Assembly (NCBI GenBank): GCA_963514005.1
Contig: OY740809.1
Span: 18,352,001-18,416,000, forward strand
Direction of reading: 5' to 3'
DNA length: 64,000 bases
From: Raja brachyura
Lineage: Eukaryota
Part shown: positions 1 to 13,292 of the stretch, in pieces
How the letters are laid out: every line of letters begins with the position of its first letter
Position numbering within the stretch: the stretch's first letter is position 1
Made by a program: the position numbers and the translations under genes
Notes under the pieces: generated by a model
The model's input: only the letters and a program-made list of their open reading frames with translations
What the model was told of the DNA's origin: nothing
Database searches by the model: none

Positions 1-570
1 AAACTACCCAGGCAGAGTATTAGGTATTGTTCTTCTCATAGAGTCGCAGTGTGGAAACAAGCCTTTCTGCCCAACTTACCCACACTGATCAACATGTCCC
101 ATCTGCACTAGTACCACTTGCCTGCATATGGCCCATATTCCTCTAAACCTGTCCTATCCATGTACCTGTCTAATTGCTTCTTAAACGTTGCAATAGTCCC
201 TGCCACAACTCCCTTCCATACACCAACCACCCTTTATATGAAAAAGTTTCCCCTCAGATTCCTATAAAATCTTTCCCCCTTCACATTAAACCTATTCCCT
301 ATGGACCTCGATTCCCCAACTCTGGGCAAAAGATTCTATGCGTCTACCCGATCTATTCCTCTCATGATTTTATACACATTGTATATACAGATGCTAGTTT
401 GGGTTTGTCCACACCTTGGCATTCGGGAAGACAAAGGATATACAGGTTGGTGTGAGAATGGGAAGGGGCCATGAACTGGGAGTTCATTAGGGCTAAGTAT
501 AATCTCAGTATTGTGCTTTTTAAAACAATTCTCATTCCATGTAACATCCATCAATAAATTCCACTCCTTC

Positions 571-785
571 CTGGTCTGAAGAAGGGACACAACTGGAAAT
601 GTTTCCTATCCAGGTTCTCCAGAGATGTGTGTAGAAAGGAACTGCAGATGCTAGTTTATACCGAAGATCGACACAAAGCCCTGGGTTCACTGCATTGTGT
701 CTATCTCCAGAGATGCTGCCTTCCCCGCTGAGTTACTCCAACACTTTTTGTCTCTTTTAGTAAATCAACATCCGCAGTTCGTTGT
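571..785. mobile_element. Nested, degraded Penelope-end (hammerhead) repeats
   Basis: gtctgaagaaggg... plus the agatgctgcc..cccgctgagttactcca tail on +, with a minus-strand tail fragment inside. Confidence 0.7.
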
Positions 786-934
786 ATTTCTATTTGATAT
801 CTCATTTGTACAACATGATTGCTTTTGGCTTCTGTTTTGACAACATGAAGTATAACAATAGAATGGTAACAAGTTCCCACGTTCTTCCGAATCTTTAAAT
901 CCCCACCTAACTAATGGACAATTCAACATAAAAT

Positions 935-1360
935 CAGGAGCAGCCAACTCTCACGCATTGAGCGTGAGAATCACGCATTTCGCCAAATTCTCATGCTCTC
1001 ACGCTGATCACAGAATTTTTCACGGTCTGTCCTGAGAAATTATGTGACCAATGAGAATTTCAAAACTAATATCAACTGCATGGGCCGCGGGTGTTGGGGA
1101 GCCGGGGCGGAGGGAGGGATGGAGTCTCAGTGTAAGAGTCCCGGGGGTTCGTTGGAAGCGTTGTGCCACTGCCGTGAGAGTCTCTGTGCTGACTTCGCCC
1201 TGGTGACCAGCATGGACCAGGCTGCGGCTCGGTGCATCCTGGAGAACAACCAGTGGCTGCTGGAAGTGGGTACCAAGCACTTTGCAGAAGCATTGGAAGA
1301 TAGTGGCCTTCAAATGGGGGTGGTTGGAGAAAGCATCCTCCTTGCCTGCTAGATTTTACC
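935..1360 (+). mobile_element. Putative DNA-transposon (hAT-like) left end carrying a captured gene fragment
   Basis: Starts CAGGAGCAGCCAACT, resembling CAGGG..GCCAAC hAT termini. Followed by clustered TCACGC motifs, including the inverted pair tctcacgc(949-956)/gcgtgaga(962-969). No matching right end seen. Confidence 0.45.
1119..1265 (+). pseudogene. TDP2: Orphan copy of a TDP2-like exon 1 (N-terminal UBA-like domain)
   Basis: MESQCKSPGGSLEALCHCRESLCADFALVTSMDQAAARCILENNQWLLE resembles the TDP2 N-terminus as recalled (RRLLCVEFASVASCDAAVAQCFLAENDWEME). Followed directly by a GT donor (GAA|gtgggt), preceded by GGGGCGGAGGG. No further TDP2-like exon found in the window. Confidence 0.6.
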
Positions 1361-1361
1361 T

Positions 1362-1475
1362 GCAGGACAGGTGACGTTTCAGTCTGAAGAAGGGTCTCGA
1401 CCCGAAACTTCACCCGTTCCTTCTCTCCAGGGATGCTGCCTGTCCCGCTGATTTTCTCCAGCATTTTTGTATCTA
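1362..1475 (+). mobile_element. Penelope-end (hammerhead) repeat with short inverted 5' piece
   Basis: ggtgacgtttc followed by agtctgaagaagggtctcgacccgaaacttcacc...gatgctgcctgtcccgctga. Confidence 0.8.
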
Positions 1476-3766
1476 ATTCTTGCTGATATGCCTTACTGGC
1501 TCATACCGGCTTCCATTTATGTCGATTGTGTTTGGAACTTGGGATCAGAGTTTCTTGACAAAAGATTGGCTATTTGCGACAGAGACAGAAAAAAAGGACA
1601 GTGGTGGCTTTGCACTCAATCACTGAGTATTTGCAATGCAGATGTCAATAAATCTGTAGATATTATGGAATCAAGGTATTCTGGGTTAGTGCCAGGAAGT
1701 GGTGCTGAGGTACTGGTCTTTCATTGTCACGTGCCAACATACAGTGAAATACTTTGTTGAATGTGCTATCCAGTGAAATCATACCATGCATGAGTACAAC
1801 AGGTATGCAAAAAGAGAAAGGTAGAATATGGTGTTACATCTACAGAGAAAGTGCAGCAGAAAGGAGGTAGGTTGGGAGATAGGGAATACATCCTTAATTC
1901 TTGAGAGATCTGTGCAAGAGTCTGATAACAGTGGGAAAGAAACTGTTCTTCAATCTGGTGTATGCTTTGGTATCTTCTTTCAAGCTCTTGTATGTCCTGC
2001 CCAATTGGAGAAGTGAGAAGAGGGTTATGACTGCGATGTGAGTGGTACTTGATTATGGTGACTGCTGTTGGCTGATGTTGTAAAAGACCAGTCACAATTT
2101 CATATGATTTCAAAATAATTCTATGTGTCTTCCTCATGCCAGATTAAATAACGCCTGGCTGTTATTTTAGCAAAATAATGCAACATTCTCTTAACCTTCC
2201 TGATTGCTGATCAGAACTGGTTGGAAGCAAAGTGAACCAGGATTTCTTTACACGTTTGTCTTAATTATTATTTCATAGTGTCCGTGAGCTGCGTATTTTT
2301 TTCTATGTGATATAATTTAAAGCTCATACAACATCTTGTTCTCCATACTATATCTGACCAACAGAAATAAAGTAATGAAACATGCAATTAATATCAGATT
2401 GCGAGAAATCTGCCTGTTTGCAGCATTTGTACTTTAGTTTGCAGATGGCAATTCAGTTAAAACAGATTTATCGTTACATCGGCTGGACAGGCAATTGAAG
2501 CAAATAGCCCTTAACCATTGTTCTGAAGAGCATGATTAATGGGATTCCTACCCTCCAGCAAAGCAATCCTCAAGGAGAGCAATCATTCAGTTATTGATGA
2601 TTGAGAGACAAATGGATCTCTCTTGTGTTATTCAAGCAGCCTCACACTCCGCCAACGCTCTACACCGTTTGCTTCACCTCAGTCACTGCAGATTTGAAAA
2701 TGAAAATCCTGAAGATGCAGGATGATTAGATCAACAGAGCACCACCTTTCTCTCCAGCTGGCCTAACAAGGGTGCGTTTCCAACTGCGAAACTGGCGCCC
2801 TTTGCAATTTCCATCAGCAGTATCATTTATCATCATATACTCTGTCTGACAAACGATATTCAGATTCCTTCAAACGAAACATCCCTTGCTTTACTCCGGT
2901 GACAGAAGCTTATTACTAATGCTTAAATTAAATTACTTTGCTTAATAAAGGAGGTGAGATTGAGAACAGGGTGAGCCTACAATTTAATATCTTCTTAATT
3001 TTGAACTACTATAGAAGTGGCTTCTGAGCATCACCTGAATGCCAAGATTAAATTACATCTTATTATTCACTTTCTATCAGCTGTAATTTTGTATTGTGTG
3101 TACCCAGGTCTTAATAAGCAGGAAATCAAGCTGAACATACACAAAGGTAAAGTGAGTTTGATTGGCGATTGTGAGAGATTAATCCACTATCTGCTGCCAC
3201 CTGACTAACAGGAGGATATATGAAGAAAAATGATTCTTATTTCCTTTAGAGAATTATGATTGTCAGGAAGCCACATAACCACATTTGTTTCATACATGCT
3301 GGGGATGAAGTTAAAATAATGTCCGTGTTTTCCCACTTATTTGGTGTCACGTTCTTGCCAGCACTATTATTTACTGAAAAGTTGTTACTTATAATGGGAA
3401 TAGTCATCAGATTAGACAGAGCTGGGAGAAGAAATACAAGGCCTTCCCTCAAGCACATCAAGCACTTGGTGCACGGATACGACAGGTCTGGAAGGATATG
3501 GGCCAAATGCAGGCAGGTGTAGCTGGGACATGTAGGCAAGTTGGCCGGTGTAGGCAAGTTAGGCCAAAGAGCCTGTTTCCATGCTGTCTCACTCTATGAC
3601 TATGACACCATCCATCAACATTCGCCTTATGCACCAGCAACCACCTCCTATTCACCATGCAGACTCAGATTTGCCAGGAATCATTCTTGCATGCAGCAGT
3701 ACAAGTGTACACTTGTGATTACCAGCTCCTGCTTCCATCACTGCCTCTAGCTACAGGAGTGCACTA

Positions 3767-3855
3767 GGGCCAAGTTATTTAAATAATGTCCTGGAATTAA
3801 AGTGAACTGGGCTAAGTTATTTAAATAATGCCCTGGAATTAACATGATCTGGGCT
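3767..3855. repeat. Tandem duplication, ~41-42 bp unit, two copies
   Basis: gggccaagttatttaaataatgtcctggaattaa and gggctaagttatttaaataatgccctggaattaa. Confidence 0.85.
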
Positions 3856-4861
3856 CACATCGGTGAAGTCGGCACACTGCCAGTCCCCCAATCACCCCCT
3901 CCTTTCACGGTCTCACGAGGCCAGTGGGCAACAAGGATATATATTGCAGCCATATAATATATTTGCATGCTATAAGCATGACTGACTTGGAATGAATGAG
4001 TCTGGAGCAAGATTGCCTTATATAAAGTAATTTCAGATGAAGATTGAACTGCTTTCTGAAGAAATGATTTGTAGTTGGGTCAAGGCTTCCATATATTTGC
4101 AGATAAAACAGGTAATTGGAAAATCTGTGTACCATAGCCCATTCCAATCACACGGTCAGGAGAGAAAATCCAATAGGAACTTAAATTTTCACACTAAATG
4201 ACGTTCAAAACCTTCTAATCGCTCCTGCTGATATTTGTGATTGGGTCTACCCAACATTTAATGCCCAGACTATTAAACGCAGTGTAATGGAGTATTGTTT
4301 GGGCGTGGATCAAAACTGTATTAAAGATTCATACATTGATCATGAATACCAAATAATATGATCTAGCTTGCAGTAATTCTGTACAGTTCACAGCTAAAAT
4401 CACAACTCTGCATGAGCATTTACTTTGTAAATTGCACCCAATTTGCAGATATAAGCAGGAGATGTGCCGCGATAATGCTTACATCTCGCATTCAGGAACG
4501 GAGCCGGCGGGCATTTTGGACTTGAGGATGGTTCTAAATTGTAAGCTATGTGAGAAAAGTTAAGGTGGGACTATAATAGCTCATGTTTATCTGAGGCAGA
4601 AAAAATATTACATTGCTGGTACTTGGCTGAGGTATGGAGATTGGAAGTGGACAGAGATCTAAAGGATGTCCACCGGAAAAAAAGGGCAAATAAAGGGAAA
4701 AACACTGAAAAATCAAGCAGGAAGGGAGCATTTGCGATTGAAGCTAGGATAAACGGAAGAGTTTTTAATAGCTATTTACGTTGTTTTTGGAATTAATTAA
4801 AAATGTGTCTTTCTATTATAATGCAAGCATTTCTTGCTATTCAGTTAACAGTAATCTTGTT

Positions 4862-4988
4862 AAAGAAGGAACTGCAGATGCTGGAAAATCGAGGGTACAC
4901 AAAAGGCTGGAGAAACTCAGCGGGTGCAGCAGCATCTAAGGAGAGAAGGAGATAGGCAACGGTTTGGGCCGAAACCCTTCTTCAGACT
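4862..4988 (-). mobile_element. Penelope-end (hammerhead) repeat
   Basis: Close reverse-complement match to 42986-43082. Confidence 0.85.
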
Positions 4989-5894
4989 TACTGTTAACAA
5001 GAATCAGTGAACCTAAAGAACACTTTGTTTTAATTTTTGGCTTTATGGTGCTCAGTGTAGTGAGGTGCCAGTCTACTTTCACCATCGCACCTGATGTGTA
5101 TGCTGACAGGAGAGGACAGGGTAAACCAGACACCATATCAGTAAAGACATTAACATGTATTTAGCCAATGCCTCGGGGATAGGATGCAATATAGATGGGT
5201 CAAGATGTGAGTCAGACTGTCATGCTGATTTGAAGCCAGCACTGCTCGATCATCACTTAATCTGAACACATGTTTAGCCACAGGAAGGACATGCTGCTGT
5301 ACTATTGCTATTTAAAAGGGTCACCATCTATTTGCAGGTTAGTTACTGACCAATTTGCAATGGTTGTCACTATAGATGAACACAAGTTTGATGGTTTTGG
5401 AGTCCATTAAAGTTGCTGGAGTGAACATGGGATGGTGTGGAAATTCTGATGGTACAAACACGCTAGTCAGGTTCTCCCAGATATTGGAATGTTGGAAGGC
5501 ATAAAGCTTGAGATGCAATATGTTAGGAAGAATGTTTGCAGGATATGCAGAGCTTAGTTGAATGAGCGGGGTGGGGGGAAATTAGAACCTCATGTAGATC
5601 AAAAACAGCCCCTCAGGTCATGATCACCATTAACACTTATCCCATTTTACTATTCGTAACAATTCCCGTCAATTCCCCGCAGGTTCTCCTGCTCACCTAC
5701 TCACTGCAGTTTACCTACTAACATGCCCACTTTTAGGATGTGAAAGGAAATGAGGGCGACAGAGGAAATTGACCCAGACAATGTACAATTTCTACACAAC
5801 ACTTAAGCCAGGATTGAACCAGGTCATTGCAGTTTCCAGGCTGGTTGTGGGGGAGAAATATAGGTGAAGTTTGCGATTGGGACACACACACATG

Positions 5895-6150
5895 CCTGCC
5901 TTCCCCCCTACCCCTTGATTCCGCTAGCCTCAAGAGCTCTATCTAACTCTCTTTTCAATTCATCCAGTGAATTAGCCTCCACTGCCTTCTGTGGCAGAGA
6001 GTTCCACAAATTCACAACTCTCTGGTTAAAGAAGTTTTTTTTAATCTCAGTTTTAAATGGCCCTTTATTCTTAAGACTGTGGCCCCTGGTTCAGGACTCC
6101 CCCAACATTGGGAACATTTTTTCCTGCATCTAGCTTGTCCAGTCCTTTCA
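5895..6150 (-). mobile_element. CR1 LINE 3' fragment
   Basis: Reverse complement of the 23170-23420 type sequence. Confidence 0.85.
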
Positions 6151-8796
6151 TATCAAGTTTTGAATAAGGACAAAGGCAAGGAGAAGCTGGGAAGGAGCAT
6201 GCGAGGTGTGTAGTAGGTTGGAGACCAGAAAGGCTTTACTAACTCTGGGGATCAAAATATTTGTGCAAACAGTATGGCGATGATAGTGGGACAAGCAACT
6301 GCAAACAGTTTAGATGGTGGATCTGGTGCCAGTATCATCCACTTCACCTGCATAAATAAAGTATGACTTTATATTTAATTATCAGCATAAAATGTGATAA
6401 AAGACCAGGACTTCTACATCAATATGGAAGGAATAATCTGCTCAATATCATTTCTCCTTTGGTAATTTTTTTTCCTTCAGTTACATTGACATTGACATCC
6501 CAGGATGTCATATTTTACCTAAGAAAACGTTGATGTTTACATTGTATTTTGCTTTGATTTGTACAAAACATATGTAGTCCACCAGAGTATAATTTCTCGA
6601 TGAATTTTACTCTCAATAATTTTACAATGTAGTGGATAGTATTCCCTGCCCACTCTTTAGGAAGGAAGTACTGCCCTTGAAGGGAATGCACTGGAGATTT
6701 ATCTGAACTACACCTGCACCTGGTTAATTAACAGAGTGGGATCACAAAATCAGGATTATGTCCTCTGGAATTTAGAGTGATTTAATTAAAGTGTTTATGA
6801 AATGTAAAGAAAATAACAAGTTCAGAGTGAGTAACCTTGCTTGCTGGTTGTGGAGTCTCAGTATAAATTCAAGTAAAACTTCTTAGAGGTAAAATGCAGC
6901 ACTATCAGTGCACAAAAGGACTGATAAAGGTTTGAGATGTTCTTCCTTGGAATACATTGACCTTGCATCAATTTTTAATTGCGATCTGAGTATAATAACA
7001 TTTTGTTGAGCAAAGATGGTGAAGGAAATGGAATATAGGTAAATAGTCAGGTCATACATAAGCCATAGTCTCATGGAATAAAACTGGTATGGAGGTCTAG
7101 TCGGTCCACTCCTGTTGGTGAGAGGGGCAAAATGTAAAGGAGATGTGTGGGGCAAGTTTTTTACACCGAGTGTGGTGTGTGACCAGAACATGCTGCCTGG
7201 GGTAGTGTGGGGGAAAACACAATAATGGTGTTTTAGAGGCTTTTGGATAGGCACATGGAAATACAGAAAATTGAGGTATACAGATCAAGTGCAGGCATAG
7301 GAGATTTGTTTAAAAGTGTAGGAAGCTCCTTCTCTCCAGAGATGCTGCCTGACCCACTGAGGTACTCCAGCATTTTGTGCTTATCTTTGAGATTAGATTA
7401 ACTCGGCGTCATGTTCGGCTTGGCCAAAGGCCCTGCTCCCGTGCTGCACCGTTCTATGTTGCTATGTTCTTGAACAGCACCACAAAAACAAATTATCTGG
7501 TTCTGAAGGCATTGACGGCTGTGGAATATTCCTGTGTCCACATTGACCGCAATACTTTCAGTATTACAAAACTAGCTATAGTTCAAAGCGAAAAGATACT
7601 AGTTGCAAAGTGCTTTGGATGTCCTGAGTTCTTGAAAGGTTTGAAATAAATTGATTTATTTTTTCTTTTTATTATTGTGTTTGTGCAGATATAGCGAAAT
7701 TTGACAAGAAAGAAAAATAGTGCACATAACACAGAGAAAGCACAATCTTGCAAACAATGCCAGTGCCTGAAATTAAAATATATATATATATTCTTTTGCT
7801 TCAAAGAAGAGTGGACATGAATCAAAAGATGACTGGGCCAGTTAGTGAATATAATGCTTGAGAGCATTTTGTACTGTTGATGTCAGTGTTCATCGAGAAA
7901 CAGTATAAATTAGAAGACATACTCAGTACAGCCTCACATAAAAATTGATTGTTTGTGAATTTGCAACAAAAAAAAATCATTGAAGCAGTTACTAAATTAG
8001 TTCACAAAGACAATCCAATAGATGGATTTTAGGGTCATAAAGTCATACAGCACAGAAAGATTCCAAAGATATTTAGCAAAGATATAGTTGTGGTCCAAGA
8101 AAATGTACTTAGAATTGCTGATTGAAAATTTGTTCAAGAACTGAAAGGTGATAAATAAGAAAGGCTTTGCAAAGAGCAATGTATGTATAGACATCAGCTC
8201 ATATTAAGCTACAGGGACCTAGCCTGGTGCCACATCAGCCCATGTTTATTAAAAAATAATTGATTCAAAAATTAACGTTACAAAGGTTGTTGCTTCCAGG
8301 AGTGTGGTCAGTTTACATCTACAGGAAAGATGTTTTAAGCACCAAATGCAGATGAAATTATGGAAGGAGCTGAAGATGTAATCTGTAATGGATAATATGA
8401 GGTAATGCATGTCCAATATGGAGAAAATTTCAGCTCAGCCTATTAACAAGCAAATATGAATTTCAAGTGTTGGAAAATATCTCAAAGCTGTTTTGTTATC
8501 ATTTAAAACATATTAAGTATTTATTTCTGCCTGAAATAAGATTCAATTTTTTTTTCCCACTACTCTTTGAGGTAGAAAATAGTACACTCAGAATCGTCAG
8601 TGGAAAAACTTACTTCATCGGTCAAATTGTGACCCATAGTTCTAGAATATTCCACACAAAGCAACTTCCCATCTACGTCCATGCCTCAGGTTTCTTATGC
8701 TTCAGTCAAGTCATCTCTCTTCTAAACTCCTGTAGATATAAGCCTGAGATAGATACTAATTGCTCATCTCAAAGTTGTACCATTTAGCACTATTAT

Positions 8797-9075
8797 TAGT
8801 TTAGTGGAGACAGGCCCTGCGGCCCACCGAGTCCGCGCCAACCAACGATCACCCATATACTAGTTTTATCCTACACACAAGGGACAATTTACAGAAGAGA
8901 ATTAACCTACAAACCTGCACGTCTTTGGAATGTTTTTGAGAAGCACCCGGAGAAAACCTGTGCGGTCACAGGAAGAATGTACAAACTCCACACAGATAAC
9001 TCCCATAGTCAGGATTGAACCCGGGTCTCTGGCGCTGTAAGGCAGCAACTCTACCGCTGCGCCACTGTGCCGCCC
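8797..9075 (-). mobile_element. tRNA-derived SINE (HE1/V-SINE-like)
   Basis: Minus strand has A box (tggcgcagcgg) and B box (ggttcaatcc), the central gtttgtacattct..ggtttt core and a (ctaaa)n tail. Confidence 0.85.
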
Positions 9076-10092
9076 CTCTCTTTGCTGATGCCATCATTCT
9101 AATGTCTTAAATCAATTTTCATAACCTCAAGTATTGAGTTTAAGAGCAAATAATTCTTACTTCCATAAAAAGATCTGCAACAGGTTGTAAGGCCGTCCAT
9201 TCAATTTTTTGTGAGCTCCGCTCTCTGAATGTTTCTGTTTGTATATATTTAATCTTCAAATTGAAAAAATGGATTTCAAATATTGAAGATGTGCCAACCA
9301 CCTACCTCTGAATATTTTTGTCTGACAAGCGTTCCTTGTCAGTGTCACTGACGGGCAGCGATGTTAGATTACCTGCACAGTCAATAAATGGTGGCAGCTG
9401 GGACCATAAGAGGGAAACCCTTTTGGACAGATGGCGAATCACGGAGATTGTGAGAAAACATACGGCCAAGCTGTGGGGAATAATACCAGTCGATTGTGTT
9501 TGGACCTGATTCAACAAGAGCTGGTGTTGGCAATACCAGCAGGAGCAAATAATATCAGACGTGTGGACTGTTGTACCGAGGATGGGGATGGAACAGTAAA
9601 CCGAAGGGCTTACCAGCGAGGGGGGAAGAGGCAAGTTTTCTTTCCTGCAAAGATACAAGAAATATTATTTTTTGGATGGTTATCAAGCTGACTAAGGTGG
9701 CTGCTTCCATTCTCACTCACCATGCCCGATTCTCTTCCCACCTCTGCTGCTTGCCACTGATATTCTCCAGGTATCCACCTCTTGGCTCCTCCACTTGCAA
9801 TCCCTGGGTGACGTTATCCAGGCGCATCATCTTCCACATGCATCGACAGCATCAGAATAAGGCCATTCAGCCCACCAAGTCTTTGCTGCCTCTCGGAACA
9901 ATCCCATCAATCCTATTTACCCAGTCTGAAATCCATTAAGGGATGCAGAGAAACTCCCTCAAGTTAAGTGTTGGGGGGGAAATAAGTAATTGCCTTTGGC
10001 CTTTATCACAAATTCCTTTCCTTACCTATTCGCTCTATCCCTAAGGCTTGCCCGCTGGTGAAGGCTGGAGAACACCATTCACAACCTCAACA

Positions 10093-10470
10093 TGTATAGG
10101 AAGGAACTGCAGATGCTAGTTTAAACCGAAGATAGGCACAAAATGCTGGAGTAATTCAGCGGGACTGGCAGCATCTCTGGAGAGAAGGAATGGGTGACGT
10201 TTCAGGTCGAAACCCTTCTTCAGACACTCACAGCCTTTGCATTCTACATAATAATTGACTGGGACTCTGGCCCCATTATCATCTCTGTCAACAAGGGAGA
10301 CAGCTTACACCTCGGGAATATCGCCTATCTCCTCCCCTGCCTCAGTCCATCTGCTGCTGAAATTCTCATCCCATTCTCTGAAGAAGGGCCTCGACCCGAA
10401 GCGTCACCTCTTCCTGTTCTCTAGAGATGCTGCCTGACCCACTGTGTTACTCCTGCATTTTGTGTCTATT
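10093..10470. mobile_element. Inverted pair of Penelope-end repeats around a short LINE(L2-like) remnant
   Basis: Minus copy 10093-10225, plus copy ~10377-10470. Confidence 0.8.
10192..10225 (-). ncRNA. Minimal type I hammerhead ribozyme motif (best-preserved copy)
   Basis: Minus strand reads GU-CUGAAGA-A-GGGU(UUCG)ACCU-GAAAC-GUC-ACCC: hammerhead core boxes, tetraloop stem II, palindromic ACGU helix III and a GUC cleavage triplet. Confidence 0.6.
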
Positions 10471-10573
10471 CTCATTGCTTCAAGATTGGATTGTGAGTGA
10501 ATCTTTCACATTGTCCACCCCTCCACTCCCAGCCATGGATCCAATGTAAACCTCACATCTCCACTTCTTTTTA

Positions 10574-10857
10574 AAGCCCTGTCACACAGTACAAGTTCAT
10601 TCCAAGAGCTCTCCCCAGTTTAAAAAAAATCAAACTCGTGGTAAGTACGGAGAATGAACGTAGTCAGAGCTCGGAGACGTCTCTTAGCGCTAACGGCAGG
10701 TAGCCACGGGAAGACTCGTGAAGATTTTTCAACATGTCGAAAAATGTCCACAAGAGCCCCGAGTACCGACGAGTGGCCATTACTGTAAATCTCTGAGTTG
10801 AATCAGGACAAACTCGGGAGAACTCTTGGAATGAACTCGTACCATGGGACAGGGGTT
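10574..10857. mobile_element. MITE, PIF/Harbinger-like
   Basis: ~40-bp imperfect TIRs (aagccctgtcacacagtacaagttcattccaagag / ctcttggaatgaactcgtaccatgggacaggggtt); TTA TSD at 10571-10573 and 10858-10860. Confidence 0.85.
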
Positions 10858-11322
10858 TTAAGATGGTTTTTAAATGCATTTTTGAAAAATATATAATCTC
10901 CTGAACAGATGAAATCTGTATTTATTCAAACTTCACTTCCAATGACACTGAGTAAAGCACAAAAGAGCTGCATTTGTTTATTTCCGCCAACCACCTTTAT
11001 GAAGATGACTCTTTCCACGCCATCATCACCTGTCTCCATACCTCTGTAACCTGTGACTACACTACAATCATTAGGGATATCTACTCCTAACTGAATTAGA
11101 GTAGTCCTGGGCTCATGATCCCCTTTGCAATTAGTTATAGAACAAAGAGCAGAATAATACAGCACAGGAACATAACTTTCAGGGGCCCTCAATGTTTGGA
11201 CGAGACGTAAGCCAGTCATATCATCACACACCAAGGTCAAAGGCAGAGGGTTTCTGTCACCCCTCCCACCACCCCTACAGTGTTCCTTCAAACCTATATC
11301 TTTCCTAATGCTTTTGGTTTAA

Positions 11323-11608
11323 CATAGAAACAGAGAAAATAGGTGCATGAGTAGGCCCTTTGAGCCAAGACTGCCATTCAATAAGCCCATGGTTGATCAT
11401 CAGTACCCCGTACCAGCTTTTTCCCCATATCCCTTGATTCTGTTAGCCCTAAGAGCTAAATCTAACTCTCTTGAAAAGATCCAATGAATTGGCCTCCACT
11501 GCCTTCAGTGGCAGAGAATTCCACAGATTCACAACTTTCTGGATGAAAAAGCTTTTCCTCATCTCAGTCCCCTTATTCTTAAACTGTGACCCCTGGTTCT
11601 GGACTCCA
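11323..11608 (-). mobile_element. CR1 LINE 3' fragment
   Basis: catagaaa tail complement plus ggcagagaattccacagattcacaac. Confidence 0.85.
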
Positions 11609-12240
11609 ACCAAGGATGCTAAGAGTACTCTAAGATCTCCTTATGTGACTCTGCTTCAGATTTTGTTTACTCCATTGAGTTACTCCAGCACTTTGTGTCT
11701 TTTTTTAAATCAGTGACACATCTGCAGATCCTTGTCATTACCCAATTGGCCTCCATCTTAGTTCTGAAGAAATATATAGGAACACAGTAACTTACTTACT
11801 TTGTTCAGCCTTTTTTGCATTAATTTGTTTAATGAACAGTTGTTGGTAGATTCATTGAGAGAGTAATCACAACTGACATAACATTTAATCATTTATTCAT
11901 GCACTGAGGTGTTGAGCCAAGCTATTTATTCACGTTTACAGTGAAGTTTGACCCTGCAACACATGTTGAACTCACATGTGAACATGCTATCAACTTAGAC
12001 AGATATTAAACGTGTGATCCTCTTCTCGCTTTGTATTATGGATCCTTTTAACTGTATCTCTGCGAGCCAAGTATGTTTAATTGAAGGGCAGTATTAGTAT
12101 TGACCTGGGGAAAACACAAGCGCCTGAAAATTGCAATTACTTTACATGGCTGTGTGCAGTAATTCTGCTTCCAAAGTATCAAGACCATCTGTTTGATTTT
12201 AGACAGAATGGATTGCAGTCGAATATAAGTACATGTACAC

Positions 12241-12660
12241 CTCTGGAGAGAAGGAATGGGTGACGTTTCGGGTTGAGACCCTTCACTAGTCTGATCTAGC
12301 ATGGGGGGACCCCGTGTGAGGGAGGGGAGGGTGGGGGGCATTCTAGTTTTAGAATCCTCTGGCCAGGGGATAGGCCTGCGTTTGTTTGTTTGCTTGCCCG
12401 TTTGGCCCGGTGAAGCCAGACAACAGTCACTTGTCTCTTTCTTTTTGTTTTCACTTTTAATTTCAAGTTTTTGTGTACCTTGCCGTGTCTGACTGTCGGC
12501 AAACCAATTTCCCTCCGGGGATGAATAAAGTTTTATCGTATCGTATTGACCCGAAACGTCATCCATTCCTCTCCAGAGATGCTGCCTGTCCCGCTGAGTT
12601 ACTCCAGATTTTTGTATCTATCTTCGTTTTAAACCAGCATCTGCAGTTCGTTCCTACAAA
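12241..12660. mobile_element. Inverted Penelope-end pair interrupted by a non-LTR 3' fragment (~12287-12547) ending AATAAAGTTTTATCGTATCGTA
   Basis: Minus-strand motif breaks at ~12286 and the plus-strand motif resumes at gacccgaaacgtc (~12548). The insert ends in a polyA signal plus short tandem tail. Confidence 0.7.
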
Positions 12661-13292
12661 TATGTACATGTGCTCTGTTTAATAAAACTCTTAAGGAAAA
12701 CAGAGCCAACTGAATCAGAAACAAAAGAATAAATTGCACGTCAGTCCATTAGATCTTTATTTCTCAGGATTATTATTCTGGACATGCGCTGACTTGTATA
12801 TTAGCACTGGTGAGCTCTGCTAATTTGCAATTGTAATGGGATAACAGATAACGTCTGTTTCCAGCAATTTTAAGCTGTCTTTTTTTTTAATGTTTAATTA
12901 GAGGGTTTCAAAAGTAAATTTAAACAATTAAAAAAAAGTCCAGATGTGTTTGCACTGGCAATGCCATCATTTATTTGCCATTCTTGGTGCCTCGAGAAGG
13001 TGGTGATAATGGGCCATGCTCTTGAACGACTATGGTGACTGTGTCGGACCCGAATGATCCAGGATTGTGATTCAGTGACAATGAAGGATATGTATTCAGA
13101 TCGTGTATCTGGCAAAGAGTGGAGAGATGCTCCATTCGCCTGTGGTGACGATTATCTATGCCTGACTATCAGAAACAACCATTTGTCATGCCGCAATAAC
13201 ATTTCGATGCATTTATAAATTGAAGTGAACGAAAAGGCATTGGACGGGGAAAGAAAACATGACCTGCTCCAGATCTTGTTGCAAAACGAGGA

